Assembly: GCA_044236545.1 (NCBI GenBank)
Contig: JBIIGI010000006.1
Span: forward strand, 1-57,213
DNA from: Chthoniobacterales bacterium
GTDB taxonomy: Bacteria; Verrucomicrobiota; Verrucomicrobiia; Chthoniobacterales; UBA6821
Length of the DNA stretch: 57,213 nt
Reading direction: 5' to 3'
Below the pieces are notes generated by a model, which did not search any database, was not told the origin of the DNA, and was given only the letters and a program-made list of their open reading frames with translations. Shown piece after piece: positions 41,601 to 51,166 of the stretch. Each line of letters opens with the position of its first letter. Positions within the stretch are counted from its first letter, which is position 1. Position numbers and translations under genes: made by a program.

Positions 41601-44600
41601 ACGCCACCATTTCAGGAAACATCATCACGCTGACAAAGACCGGAACCGTGACAGTGTCCGCCAGTCAACCCGGCGATGACAATTATCTGGCCGCCACACC
41701 GGCAGCAACCACCTTCACAGTCCTCCCGGGAATCCAGACGGTATCAGCCTTCTCCTCCATCGGAACCCAGACGTTCTCAACCAACGGTTTCACGATTGTC
41801 CCCCCGACCTCCAGCGCGGGAACACCGGTGACCATCAATGTCGTCAACGGCACCTACAGCAATGGAATTGTGTATCCTTCCGGAGCCGGCGTGGTGACAT
41901 TGCAGGCGTTCGCGGAGCCATCCGATAACTACGGCCCGGCAAGCAACACCCCGGTCTCCGTGGTTGTGAACAAGGCCCAGTCATTCCTCTCCGCCTTCAC
42001 CCCGATTGCGAACATCACGGGAACAAACACGGCGGCGGTTCCGGTGACCCCTCCCACCTCACAGAACCCGAATGTCCCGGTGGTCGTTTCCGTGGTGAGC
42101 GGACCGGCCTTGTATGATTCCAACAGCAGTACCGTCAACGTGACCAACGCTGGCCTCGTCACCCTGCAGGCCACACAGGCGGGCGATGCGAATTACCTCT
42201 CCGCCTCGCCTGTCTCGACCTCCTTCTCTGTCGGCAGGAGCAATCAGACATTCACCAACGGCACCTTCGGACCGTTCGACGATCGGCCCTTCACTACGAT
42301 TCCGTTCGGCGTCTCCCTCCCCTCCTCCGACTCCCAACTGCCCGTGACCCTCTCCGTTGTCTCGGGACCCGCCGTCGCGGCGGGAACCAACGTCACCCTG
42401 ACCGGTATAGGTCAGGTGACTCTCGCAGCCATCCAGTCCGGAAACACCCAGTATGGCCCTATCCAGACAAACACAACCTTCACGGTCACTCAGGGTGCAA
42501 ACGAGATCTCTGACTTCGCCGCAATCAGCGACAGAAATTTCGGGGACACGCCCTTTTCCATACCCGTCCCGACAGCCTCTTCCGGGCTTCCCGTCACCCT
42601 TTCAGTTCTCTCTGGCCCGGCATCCGTCTCGGGCAATGCCGTGACGCTCTCTGGTGCTGGAATCGTGACACTCGCCGCAGACCAACCCGGCAACGCGAAT
42701 TTTCCGGCCGCTGCACGAAAAACGACTTCGTTCAATGTTTCCAAGGCCACGCAGTCCATCGCGTCCTTTGCTCCGATATCCAACAAAACCTTCGGGGCAC
42801 CGGCATTTGCCATCACCACCCCCTCAAGTTCCTCCGCTCTACCTGTCGCTCTTGTTGTCAGCGGTCCTGCCTATCTTGCAGCTAATCTGCTGAATATCAC
42901 GAACACCGGAACGGTCACCGTGACCGCCAGCCAACCCGGCGATGAGAACTATGAGTCTGCAACTCCAGTAACGGTGAGCTTCAGCGTCAGCAAGGCATCC
43001 CAGACCATAGCCCCGTTCGCCTCGATACCTGCCCAGACCTACGGGGCCCCCTTCCAGGTTACCGCGCCCACCTCGGATTCCGGCCTTCCTGTCCAACTTT
43101 CAGTCCTGGCCGGTGGAAGCATCAGCAACAACATAGTCACGCCGAATGGCGCCGGGATTATCACCATTGCCGCCTCACAACCGGGGAATGAATCGTATGC
43201 GCCGGCTACCGGCGTCACCACCACGGTGACCGTGAAACAGGCCACGCAGGTGCTCTCCCAATTTCCATCCATCGACAATATCGACTCTACCTGGAACACG
43301 GTCGCACCGTTCAAGATCACGCCTCCGAACTCCTCATCACCCAACGCTGTCATCCTCTCCGTGAGGGGGCCGGCAAGAATTGATTCCAACAATGTTCTGA
43401 CACTCACCGGGGACGGGTTGATCACCGTGACCGCCACTCAGCCCGCTGACGCCAACTATCTCTCCGCCACCGCGGTCTCCACCAGTTTCTCGGTCGGAAG
43501 GACCGCCCAGATCCTGAGCGGCTCGCTTGATCAGATTCCAGACAAGACGTTCGGTGATCTTCCATTCACTGTCACCCTGCCCACTGCAGATTCGGGTCTA
43601 CCCGTTTCTCTCACTGTTCTCTCGGGCCCCGCAACCGTAAGGGGTAGTACGCTCACGTTGACCGGCGCCGGCATGGTGACTCTTGCCGCGACCCAACCGG
43701 GCAGCACGAAATATGCTCCTGCCAGCACGGCTCCTGTCAGCTTCAGGGTTGATAAAAAGGCTCAGACAATCAATGCCTTTGGAACAATCAATGACATCCA
43801 GGCCGGATCCAAACCCTTCAAGGTTAGGATTCCAACATCCGACTCAGGACTCCCCGTCACCCTCTCGGTCTTCTCGGGGCCGGCAACCTTGCAGGGTGAC
43901 ACAGTGACTGTCACTGGTGTCGGCCCCGTCATTCTGGTGGCCAACCAACCGGGAAATGACAACTTCTCCCCGGCGAATCCGGTGACCTCCCTGGCTTTCA
44001 ACGTGACCAAGGCATCTCAGGCTGTGTCATTCAGAGCGATCCCCTCCGCTGCGTTTGCAGCACAGTCCTTGGATCTCAGCGCCACGGCAAACAGCGGCCT
44101 GATGGTAACCCAGTTTGAATCCTCCAATCAGGATGTGGCTATCATCAACGGCAACCGCCTTACCGTGATGGGTGCCGGCACCGCAATCATCACGGCGATC
44201 CAGGCCGGGAATGACTTCTATTCCTCGAACAGCGCCAGCCAGAACCTTGTGGTGAGACCGGGATCTCAGACAATCAATGCCTTCCAGCCGATCCCAAGCC
44301 AGTCATTCTCTCCGGGTATGAAGGTTCCGATCACCGCACCGTCCAGCAGTTCCGGCCTACCGGTAACACTGACGCTGACGGCATCCCCTGTTGGCATAGC
44401 CTCCCTGGACAGCAACAATGTTCTCTCTGTCACCGGTGCGGGAAAAATCACCCTGACGGCCAGCCAGCCAGGAAACGCTTCCTACACTGCAGCAAGATCT
44501 GTCACCACAACCGTGGACATCACCAAGGCCCAACAGGTCCTCCAGCCATTTGTCGCGATCGACAACATTACCAACAGCTTCACGTTGACTCCCACGCTGC

Positions 44601-45802
44601 AGGTGGTTCCTCCGATCTCCTCATCCCCCAATCCCGTGGTCCTGTCCGTGAGGGGCCCTGCAACAATCAACACCAACAACCTGGTCACGTTCACCGGTGA
44701 CGGCACCGTGACGGTCACCGCGAATCAGGCAGGAGATGCCAATTATCTCTCTGCCGCTGCTGTCTCCACCAGCTTCTCGGTAGGAAGGCTAAGCCAGACT
44801 TTGGCCAACCTTGATCCGATTACAGACCAGACCTACTCCGTCGGAGGCTCGGTCAATGTTCCCCTGCCGACTGCAACACCATCCGGAGTCAGATCGACTC
44901 TCTCGGTGATTTCTGGCCCCGCAACCGTGAGGGGGAGTACGCTCACATTGACCGGAGCAGGAGCGGTGACCGTCGCGGCCTCTGTGCCCGGCGACAAGAA
45001 CTACGGACCGGCTAGCACCGCTCCCGTAAGCTTCTTCGTCAGGAAAGCGCCGCAGAATATAGCATCATTTGAAACCATCCAAACCAAGACCTATGACAGC
45101 AAACCCTTCAAGGTTAAGGTTCCCACCTCTGACTCAAGGCTTCCGGTGGTCCTGAGCGTTCTCTCAGGGCCAGCCACGGTTTCGGGTGATACCGTCACTG
45201 TGACCGGTGTGGGTGATGTGACGCTGGCTGCCAATCAGGTGGGAAATGGGAATTACAACCCTGCTGCGCAGGTCAGCACCACCTTCGCTGTCCAGAAAGC
45301 CAACCAAACAATCAGTTTCAAGGCACCAGCCGTCCAAACCTTTGGAAACAATCCCTTCTTGCTGACGGCTACTGCAAGCAGTGGACTGCCAATCACGTAT
45401 GTTTCCGCAGACACGAACGTGGCCTCAGTAAGTGGCAGCGTTGTGACCATCGTGGGCGCAGGAGAATCAACGATCACGGCATCCCAGGAGGGAAATGACC
45501 TCTACAACCGCACCCAACTCAACCTGCGTGCACCGGTATTGACCGTCAGAAAAGCCGCCCAGAGCATTCAGGTGGTTTCCCCCTCAACGGTGACCTTCAG
45601 GCCTGGAATGCAGATACGACTCACGGCAACATCCTCTTCAGGCAACCCGGTCACATTCACCACGAGGAGTAGAAATGCGACCGTGACACCGAATGGCTTG
45701 CTCACCCTATCGGGCAAGGGCGCCGTATCCATCACCGCATCATCCGCGGAGAGCACTAACTACACGTCAGCATCCAAGACAGTAACAATCCAGGTGAGGT
45801 AA
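38684..45802 (+). CDS. Large secreted surface/adhesin-like protein: N-terminal beta-repeat region plus 19 Ig-like ~83-aa modules
   Basis: Signal peptide from ATG 38684, repeated (I/V)xGxYxD...YGF motifs, then 19 modules with Q.I..F...SSGLPVT...SGPA...G.G.VT..ASQ.G..NY. Confidence 0.88.
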   Translation: MKHSSRSTRTFHALAASLLLMPLGQLSAQYYYQQFDAPQSSVGADNSSIIGVSGTNALGTFVKGNNGPFSYLFDGSNYTVIDNTNAAFPGTFATGASSGGIVGNNNFTNGASPSTFGFLTSDGITFTTISVDSQNTRLSGITGTIIYGSYGDNEAPFFTTSTTTGFPTKVSIQGASSATIQGVGVDNQLFGTYANGGGTYGFLTSNGTPPTTINGPAGSEGKVEALLGISADNGLVLGLLSNNAGFITPLAGGASIPVNGPTNATPGTATLISPIGNDALGAYYVAGNERLAAFVTANGTNYSVAYGPGDLGIESLVGAYSSAIVGNFNTNGNLAGFLGLQNISGFDYLTLSGPTNATSLSITNILGQTLTGNYSDTDGIPHNFLLYPNLTNNSITPVYITVDGPPDSTVITAISGSYTVGSFTNSSTATQQWFYALGTNSTTITPPDSAPESVQAIGLAGTNAVGTYTDTNSQYLYGYLFNGSNYTTIYGPEGTNGSGILTIDAVSGGSIAGTYSDANGVIRAFVTTNGVSSTPVSLPPGCDPNAGISTVNGVSGTTVVGTYTDIEGNLYGFQGSAKVTGPGGLVEGASTLLTINGINGSSIVGTYTDPVTSVTYGFSGSSKIMGPLGTDGVGISTIDIVSGGSVAGTYIDSNINDPENPGTGLTYGFVTADGGKNYNTVIMGPDETLGINLIKGVSGNLVIVQCTDAEGNEPCYAYDGTAYAIIDVPSSQPYSTVVNGVSGNTIFGSYTDVYGLSHGFTAYTRGDQSITFNYFPASPGVFNLNATASSGLSVTYVRSGDTQSATLSGSTLTFTKPGTVSVTASQAGNPDFSPADNVTNTFTMLAQEILTNNFVTPNLTFGANTTISNPPTSSAGLPVTLSVSGDAMLQGNTIRPLKAGTAVLYANQAGTATYNPTNYFPATQVAFPLVIGKSAQTIGAFQPIPQKYFGDPQFSVVPPTSSSGLPVTLAVSNATISGNIITLTKTGTVTVSASQPGDDNYLAATPAATTFTVLPGIQTVSAFSSIGTQTFSTNGFTIVPPTSSAGTPVTINVVNGTYSNGIVYPSGAGVVTLQAFAEPSDNYGPASNTPVSVVVNKAQSFLSAFTPIANITGTNTAAVPVTPPTSQNPNVPVVVSVVSGPALYDSNSSTVNVTNAGLVTLQATQAGDANYLSASPVSTSFSVGRSNQTFTNGTFGPFDDRPFTTIPFGVSLPSSDSQLPVTLSVVSGPAVAAGTNVTLTGIGQVTLAAIQSGNTQYGPIQTNTTFTVTQGANEISDFAAISDRNFGDTPFSIPVPTASSGLPVTLSVLSGPASVSGNAVTLSGAGIVTLAADQPGNANFPAAARKTTSFNVSKATQSIASFAPISNKTFGAPAFAITTPSSSSALPVALVVSGPAYLAANLLNITNTGTVTVTASQPGDENYESATPVTVSFSVSKASQTIAPFASIPAQTYGAPFQVTAPTSDSGLPVQLSVLAGGSISNNIVTPNGAGIITIAASQPGNESYAPATGVTTTVTVKQATQVLSQFPSIDNIDSTWNTVAPFKITPPNSSSPNAVILSVRGPARIDSNNVLTLTGDGLITVTATQPADANYLSATAVSTSFSVGRTAQILSGSLDQIPDKTFGDLPFTVTLPTADSGLPVSLTVLSGPATVRGSTLTLTGAGMVTLAATQPGSTKYAPASTAPVSFRVDKKAQTINAFGTINDIQAGSKPFKVRIPTSDSGLPVTLSVFSGPATLQGDTVTVTGVGPVILVANQPGNDNFSPANPVTSLAFNVTKASQAVSFRAIPSAAFAAQSLDLSATANSGLMVTQFESSNQDVAIINGNRLTVMGAGTAIITAIQAGNDFYSSNSASQNLVVRPGSQTINAFQPIPSQSFSPGMKVPITAPSSSSGLPVTLTLTASPVGIASLDSNNVLSVTGAGKITLTASQPGNASYTAARSVTTTVDITKAQQVLQPFVAIDNITNSFTLTPTLQVVPPISSSPNPVVLSVRGPATINTNNLVTFTGDGTVTVTANQAGDANYLSAAAVSTSFSVGRLSQTLANLDPITDQTYSVGGSVNVPLPTATPSGVRSTLSVISGPATVRGSTLTLTGAGAVTVAASVPGDKNYGPASTAPVSFFVRKAPQNIASFETIQTKTYDSKPFKVKVPTSDSRLPVVLSVLSGPATVSGDTVTVTGVGDVTLAANQVGNGNYNPAAQVSTTFAVQKANQTISFKAPAVQTFGNNPFLLTATASSGLPITYVSADTNVASVSGSVVTIVGAGESTITASQEGNDLYNRTQLNLRAPVLTVRKAAQSIQVVSPSTVTFRPGMQIRLTATSSSGNPVTFTTRSRNATVTPNGLLTLSGKGAVSITASSAESTNYTSASKTVTIQVR

Positions 45803-46394
45803 ATTGGTAAAACCATGGAATAACAGCATGCCCGAGAGTCACTGGCTAAAGTTCCGGCAGGGTCAGCCTGCCGTGTAAAAATACTGAGAGATTTTGGCTC
45901 TCCGCTATTTTGAGTGGGTTCTCAGAGGTCGTAGCCATAGACCCCTTCCTCTTGTGGAAGAATAGAGAAGATATTGAATATGGAACTCAGCCGTAACGGA
46001 TGCGTAGCAACGGCCGGGCCAGCCAACTCAGGAATGAATGGTGAGAGATTGAGTAAATTAAGTAGGTTGAAGGATGGAACTGCATAATAAAGCTGGCTTG
46101 AGTGGCATGCCGGCCCTCCAATCTGGGGGCGGTTCCCTCCGTCCTGATACCTGCCGATCTATCACAGACCCGGTATTCCTAAGGCTCGGGTGTTCCGCAG
46201 ATGATTGCTCGGTGGTTCGGCACCCGCCTTTTCCAGCCTCTTTTTCCTGAGTTCTTGAGTTCCATATTCTTTACCTCTTGCTTCACTTCACCCACTTCAA
46301 ACAGCGAGGAGCCGAGATTTTTTACTTTGGATTTAGACAATGATTTGCGGATGAGATGGGGTGGTGGGCTAGGTGCAAACGAAGCGACTGTAGT

Positions 46395-46660
46395 TTGACG
46401 CCACTTGCCTTTGCCTCAGCATCTCCCGATGCATTGATGCCGCTTCCCTCCCGGGAAGCCGCGGCACCCTTCGGGCAGCGACAGGGTCGCAGTCTTCCGC
46501 ACACCTTCCCGGGGTGTTTGGTTCGTCCCTTTCCCGACTCTCATCGCAGTAGCGGGACAGGCTACGCCATGCCCCAGGCACTCGGCGGTCGGCAAGCGGT
46601 GGCGCCCTCCGGGTCCCTCATGTGCGGGATCTTCCGCGCCCTCTCCCCCGAGGCTTGGTT
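46395..46660 (+). mobile_element. Four-hairpin mini-element, copy D, split in hairpin-1 loop by a ~180-bp insert
   Basis: TTGACGCCACTTGCCT (46395-46410) ... CGGCAAGCGGTGGCGCCCTCCGGGTCCCTCATGTGCGGGATCTTCCGCGCCCTCTCCCCCGAGGCTTGG-TT (46590-46660). Confidence 0.85.
46434..46523 (+). mobile_element. Four-hairpin mini-element, divergent copy E nested inside D
   Basis: TT-GATGCCGCTTCCCTCCCGGGAAGCCGCGGCACCCTTCGGGCAGCGACAGGGTCGCAGTCTTCCGCACACCTTCCCGGGGTGTTTGG-TT has the same length, linkers and stems, with compensatory changes. Confidence 0.8.
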
Positions 46661-46807
46661 CAGTACTACTGGCCGAGCTCTACGACACAGAACAACGCCT
46701 CATGCTGCCGCAAAGAATGTCTAGAGATGAGGCAAAACCGCTCTTGTCGGCATAACATCCTCATCCTCCCAATAAAAGCGCAGGGGGGGGCGCCTTTCAA
46801 AACAGAA

Positions 46808-47371
46808 TCACTTACCCAGTAGGGCGTTTTTCAGATCGGGAGCGACAGGGTTGGATCCGAACCAAAGGCTGAGGAAGGATTTCTGGAAGTCACGACCGGG
46901 GATTGTTCCCCTTTGAATCCCCTGGTCGAACACCACCGTGTTGGTTCCTACAAAGCGGACCTGCTCCACACCGCCGTTTTTGAGAGCACCGAACATCCCG
47001 ATGAAGGCGTCGCGATCCCTCTCGTAGCCCGGATAGGTGTAGGAGACGCACTGTGCGAACTGGGAACTCCAGGCCTTGCTGACATCCGCGCGTCCCACAT
47101 CCCTGAGAAAGGTGAAGTCAAACTGCATCGGTCCTTCCGATGCCATGATGGCCGACTCGGAGCGCAGTGAAGTGGGGGCGTAGAAGGCGGCGACATAGAT
47201 CCTGATCGGCACCATCACCAGGGAAAAGGTGCGAAGTCCTGCCCCGTTGAGAGGGAGAGTGATCCCGTCAAACGTCACCCTGGGCGGAACTTTCACTCCT
47301 TGAATCTCCAAGGCCTGCACCGGGAGCAGTCCGAGAAATAATGCAAAGGTAAAAGCGGAGCTCTTCTTCAT
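46808..47371 (-). CDS. Chalcone isomerase-like (Chalcone_3) exported protein
   Basis: Signal peptide, LPLNGAGLR...IYVAAFY, and LSLWFG..PV..DLK.ALLG. Confidence 0.85.
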   Translation of the reverse strand: MKKSSAFTFALFLGLLPVQALEIQGVKVPPRVTFDGITLPLNGAGLRTFSLVMVPIRIYVAAFYAPTSLRSESAIMASEGPMQFDFTFLRDVGRADVSKAWSSQFAQCVSYTYPGYERDRDAFIGMFGALKNGGVEQVRFVGTNTVVFDQGIQRGTIPGRDFQKSFLSLWFGSNPVAPDLKNALLGK

Positions 47372-47405
47372 TTTTCCCCCTGCTTTGTTCCTGGAATCCA
47401 GGGCC

Positions 47406-47849
47406 CTAGGCTCCGTAGCTCTTGGTGAACTTTTTCTTACTGCCGTCACCGCCCCCGGCGCTATCGGCCTCCGGCGATTCTGCGGCATCAGGCGCTGCCG
47501 ATTCCTGCGGTGGAGGCATTGCCCCCCCGTCCCCGTGCGAGCAATTCTCGTCATGAACATGCCCTCCCCCCGCAGAGGAGACCTGCACAAAGGCCATCTG
47601 GAGTTCCGACAACACGCTGGTGAGGATCTTCTCCTCGTCCTTACTGAGGTTGCCGCGGGTCTTCTCCCGGATGATTTCCAGATGATCGATGAACATCTTG
47701 GCGGCATCGAGGTTCACTTCCGCCTTGCCGGTGGATGGATGGGCCATCTGCCCAAGGCAGAGTGCCGCCTGCTGGGCATTCATCATCACGAGTTCGATGA
47801 ATCGCTGGGTAAGGTCTGCGGAGTTGGTGGATTGCTGGATTTCGGCCAT
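47406..47849 (-). CDS. DUF1844 domain protein
   Basis: A..CLG...P.TGK..VNL..AK.FID.L....EKTRGNL..DE..IL...L.ELQM.FV. Confidence 0.88.
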   Translation of the reverse strand: MAEIQQSTNSADLTQRFIELVMMNAQQAALCLGQMAHPSTGKAEVNLDAAKMFIDHLEIIREKTRGNLSKDEEKILTSVLSELQMAFVQVSSAGGGHVHDENCSHGDGGAMPPPQESAAPDAAESPEADSAGGGDGSKKKFTKSYGA

Positions 47850-48017
47850 ATGAAGAAATGGTGATTAGGCTGTAGGAATTTGGGCTGTTAGTTACGCAAC
47901 AGATTTACAAGGTATCCTCAAAGGAATTTCATCCGGAATCAAACGAGAAAAGCATTCTCAATCATCCGATCACAGAAACTTCAGCCTTCAGTCTAACCTT
48001 CTTCAGCCTGCTTCTGG

Positions 48018-50726
48018 TCAGGGTGCCTTGGTTGGGTTGTGAAGCGGTTCTGAAGTCTTGGCGACCGGTGGGCCTACGACGACTTCGACACTTTTCCCGT
48101 CGCGGAAGTATTTCTGCGCCACGCGCTTGATCTCATCAAGGGTGACCTTCTCGATCTCATCCTTACGGACCTTGTCGTGGTCATATCCAAGTCCAAGCAG
48201 TTCATTGGTGGCACACAGACCTCCAAGAGCGGCATGGGACTGGTTGTGGATGGCCTCGCCCCCCAGGAGTTTTGCCTTGGCGCGATCGAGTTCCTCCTGG
48301 GTCAATCCCTCTGTGGCAAGCATGGCGATCTCGTCATTAAACTCACTCTTGGCCAGATCAACCTTCTTGGGATCGGTTCCGAGATAAAAGACGAAGGCAC
48401 CGGGAGCCAGTCCCGTGGAGTTGGAGGCCCCGACGAAGTAGGCAAGTCCCAGCTTCTCCCGGATCCTGTTGAAGAATCGGGATCCAAGGTCACTGGAAGC
48501 CTCCGCGATGAGTTCAAGCGCGGGACGATCCGCACTGGCGATGGAAGTTCCGAGGAATCCCTTCATGACGACGGCCTGCTGTTTGGGTCGTTCAGCTGAT
48601 GTCTCGATGGAAGCGGTCAACGGGGCGGCCACGGGTGGGGTGGTCAGGAGTTGTTCACCTGCAGGAAGCGATCCGAAGTCCTTCTTGGCAAGCTCGAGGG
48701 CATCCTCAGTCTTGACCGAGCCGAAGATGGAGAGGACGCCGTTGCGTCCGGTCACGAGGCGGTCACGAAATGACTTCAGGTCGGCCGAGGTGAGTTTAGT
48801 GACGGTCTCGGGGGAACCGCTTCCACGCAGGGCATAGGGATGGGTTCCGTAGAGGCTCGGCTTGAGGAGATTTCTCGCAACGGCGGTGATCTGGTCATCC
48901 TCGGCCTTGATCGAGGCGAGTTGGGAGTCCTTCTCTCGGGCGACCTCGTTCTCGGGGAAGGTGGCGTTGGCCACGACGTCGGAGAGGATCTGCATGCCTA
49001 GGGCGAAGTCATCCTTTATCACTTCGACGGAAACCGAAACAGAGTTGTTCCCGGCACCCCCACCGATGGATCCACCGACATGTTCGACCGTCTCGGCGAT
49101 CTGCTCGGCGGAACGGGTCTTCGTCCCCTTGATGATGGTGCTGGCAAGCAACTGGGAGAGACCGTTCTTCTCCGGAGTCTCGGCAAGAAGCCCCCCGCGG
49201 AAAGCGGCGACAAGCGAGACAAGGGGAAGACGGTTGTCCTCATGGACCAGAACGGTGAGTCCGTTAGGAAGGACCGACTTGACGATATCCAAATCGGGAG
49301 GGGTGGCCCGCTTCGTGTCGTCCGATTCCTTTGTCCCTTCGGCCGGATCAAGCGAGGTGACGATGAGTCCCTCAGGCTTGAGATACGCAGTGGCAACACG
49401 GCGGACATCGGCGGCGGTGACCTTTTCGATGGCCTCGAGGTAGCGGTGACCGAACTCGGGATTTCCCGTCATGAGCCATCCCCCGCCGTAGTCGGAGGCG
49501 CGTCCGCGCATGGTGGAAAGTCCATGGTAATGGTCCGAAAGAAGTCCCTTCTTGGCCTTGGCAAGCTGGGAGTCGCTGATACCGTCGCGGGCGATCTTCC
49601 CGACTTGGGCGATGATTTCCTTCTCGGCAGCATCGCGCTTCGCCGGATCGGAGATGGCGCCGATATAGATCATTCCCTCGCTCGGAGTCAGGGTGTAGAG
49701 ACCGCCGCCGACCTGATGGACGAGCCCTTTCTTCTCACGGACTTCACTGTTGAGGATGGAACTGGTGCCCGAAGCAAGCACCACGGAGAGCACCTCGACG
49801 GCGGGGGCGTCAGCGCTGGTGGCGCCGGGTGCACGCCAGGCAATGTTGAGTCGGCTGAGATCGGTCGGGAAGGTGTCCCTTCCCTCGATTTTTCCGAGTT
49901 GCGGCGGCTCTTCGGCCACCGGGATCGGTTCGAGGGCGATGCGTGGATATTTCGCGAAGAAGGTTCCGAGTTGGTCCCGGATCTCCGAGGCATTCACGTC
50001 GCCGACAACGACGAAGCAGAGGTTATTCGGGACGTAGCGGCGCTTGTAGTAGTCGAGCACGTCCTGACGGGTAAGCTTGTTGTAGATGTCGAGATGGCCG
50101 ATGACCGGCTCCTTGAAGGGGCTGGTGTGGAAGGCGGTGCGGAAGAGCAGCAGAGAGGCGGTGCGGTCGGGGTTGTCATATCCCATGGCAAACTCCCTGC
50201 GGATCACCTCCTGCTCCTTGTTGTATTCCTCCTCGGGAAGCGTGGCGTTCATCATGGCATCGGCAAGTATGTCGACTGCCTTTCCGGCTCCCTTCGAGGG
50301 GACGTCGATCCAGTAGACGGTACGGTCATGCGAGGTGTAGGCGTTGATGTAGCCGCCCTGATCCTGCACCTGGCTGGCGATAACTCCGGGAGCCCTGGAA
50401 GTCGTGCCCTTGAAGAGCATGTGCTCGAGGATGTGGGAGAGTCCCGCGCCGAGCCATTTCCCCTCATGGATGGATCCGGTGTTGCACCAGGCCTGGACGC
50501 TGGCGACGGGAGCGCCGCGGTTCTCCTCGACGATGAGGGTGAGTCCGTTGGGATAAGTGAAGACCTGGGGCTTGGAGGCGTGTTCGGGAGAGGAACCGAT
50601 GGCAACCGCAACGGGGGGGGCGCCCTTTTTCCCACCGCTCTCCTCCCCGGTCTTGGAGTGGGCGGTGGTGACAGCGAGTGAGAGAAGGGTGGCTTGCAGG
50701 GACATCAGGAGAATGTATCGGTTCAT
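48018..50726 (-). CDS. M16 (pitrilysin-like) zinc peptidase, two-lobed, exported
   Basis: Inverted zinc motif HILEH, NAYTS.D.T.Y, a second LPNGLT lobe, and a signal peptide. Confidence 0.93.
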   Translation of the reverse strand: MNRYILLMSLQATLLSLAVTTAHSKTGEESGGKKGAPPVAVAIGSSPEHASKPQVFTYPNGLTLIVEENRGAPVASVQAWCNTGSIHEGKWLGAGLSHILEHMLFKGTTSRAPGVIASQVQDQGGYINAYTSHDRTVYWIDVPSKGAGKAVDILADAMMNATLPEEEYNKEQEVIRREFAMGYDNPDRTASLLLFRTAFHTSPFKEPVIGHLDIYNKLTRQDVLDYYKRRYVPNNLCFVVVGDVNASEIRDQLGTFFAKYPRIALEPIPVAEEPPQLGKIEGRDTFPTDLSRLNIAWRAPGATSADAPAVEVLSVVLASGTSSILNSEVREKKGLVHQVGGGLYTLTPSEGMIYIGAISDPAKRDAAEKEIIAQVGKIARDGISDSQLAKAKKGLLSDHYHGLSTMRGRASDYGGGWLMTGNPEFGHRYLEAIEKVTAADVRRVATAYLKPEGLIVTSLDPAEGTKESDDTKRATPPDLDIVKSVLPNGLTVLVHEDNRLPLVSLVAAFRGGLLAETPEKNGLSQLLASTIIKGTKTRSAEQIAETVEHVGGSIGGGAGNNSVSVSVEVIKDDFALGMQILSDVVANATFPENEVAREKDSQLASIKAEDDQITAVARNLLKPSLYGTHPYALRGSGSPETVTKLTSADLKSFRDRLVTGRNGVLSIFGSVKTEDALELAKKDFGSLPAGEQLLTTPPVAAPLTASIETSAERPKQQAVVMKGFLGTSIASADRPALELIAEASSDLGSRFFNRIREKLGLAYFVGASNSTGLAPGAFVFYLGTDPKKVDLAKSEFNDEIAMLATEGLTQEELDRAKAKLLGGEAIHNQSHAALGGLCATNELLGLGYDHDKVRKDEIEKVTLDEIKRVAQKYFRDGKSVEVVVGPPVAKTSEPLHNPTKAP

Positions 50727-51160
50727 GATTTGAGGAGCATCCCCCCCGGAGCAGGGTGATCTGAGGACGGAGATCCGGGCGGAAGAAACGGAACGACGAA
50801 GGCTTCGTGAAAATCAAAACCCTTCTCGAAGCCCTCGAAAGTATCCTCTTCGGTGCGACTGAATGCCCCGCACTCCACGAGGTGAAACACCATCCGGCCG
50901 ACATCCACGCAACTCGCGATCCCCCAGTATTCGAGGACGGTCGGTGCCATCGGGCCGAACTCCTTGAGGGCCAGGTTCCGGAAACCGTCGAGAAGTTCGG
51001 ATGCCGTCACGTGAGAGGCAGGCGGATCCTTCCTGCCCTTGGAACGCCTCTTGATGGTGGCATCCAGTGAGTCGCGCAGGAACTGGTATCCCTCGGGGCG
51101 GTAGCGGCCATCACGTGAGACAGCGGACGCGACAGCTTCTTGGAATCCGGAAACATTCAT
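50723..51160 (-). CDS. Minf_1886/TIGR04138-like PVC-specific protein
   Basis: D.RY...Y.FL...L, HVT..ELL.G.R..AL..FG.MA..VL..WG.....DVG.MVF.LVE.G...T..D....F pattern. Confidence 0.8.
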   Translation of the reverse strand: MNVSGFQEAVASAVSRDGRYRPEGYQFLRDSLDATIKRRSKGRKDPPASHVTASELLDGFRNLALKEFGPMAPTVLEYWGIASCVDVGRMVFHLVECGAFSRTEEDTFEGFEKGFDFHEAFVVPFLPPGSPSSDHPAPGGMLLKS

Positions 51161-51166
51161 GGGGAA

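Noticed and set aside
45803-46394. Pseudogene or ncRNA in the AT-richer gap after the giant gene
   Set aside because: No recognisable protein motif or RNA family by eye. BLASTX and cmscan would be needed.
46500-46545. tRNA fragment (GGTTCG T-loop-like)
   Set aside because: There is no cloverleaf. GGTTCG is the right junction of element E.
47890-47980. Remnant of a four-helix-bundle gene between inverted heptamer arrays
   Set aside because: Only a vague amphipathic stretch (DLQGILKGISSGIK) with no supporting motif.
49080-50681. Long opposite-strand ORFs (for example 533 aa here, 9753..10928, 27001..27918, 31614..32588)
   Set aside because: These are antisense shadows of high-GC genes with biased codon usage and carry no motifs.
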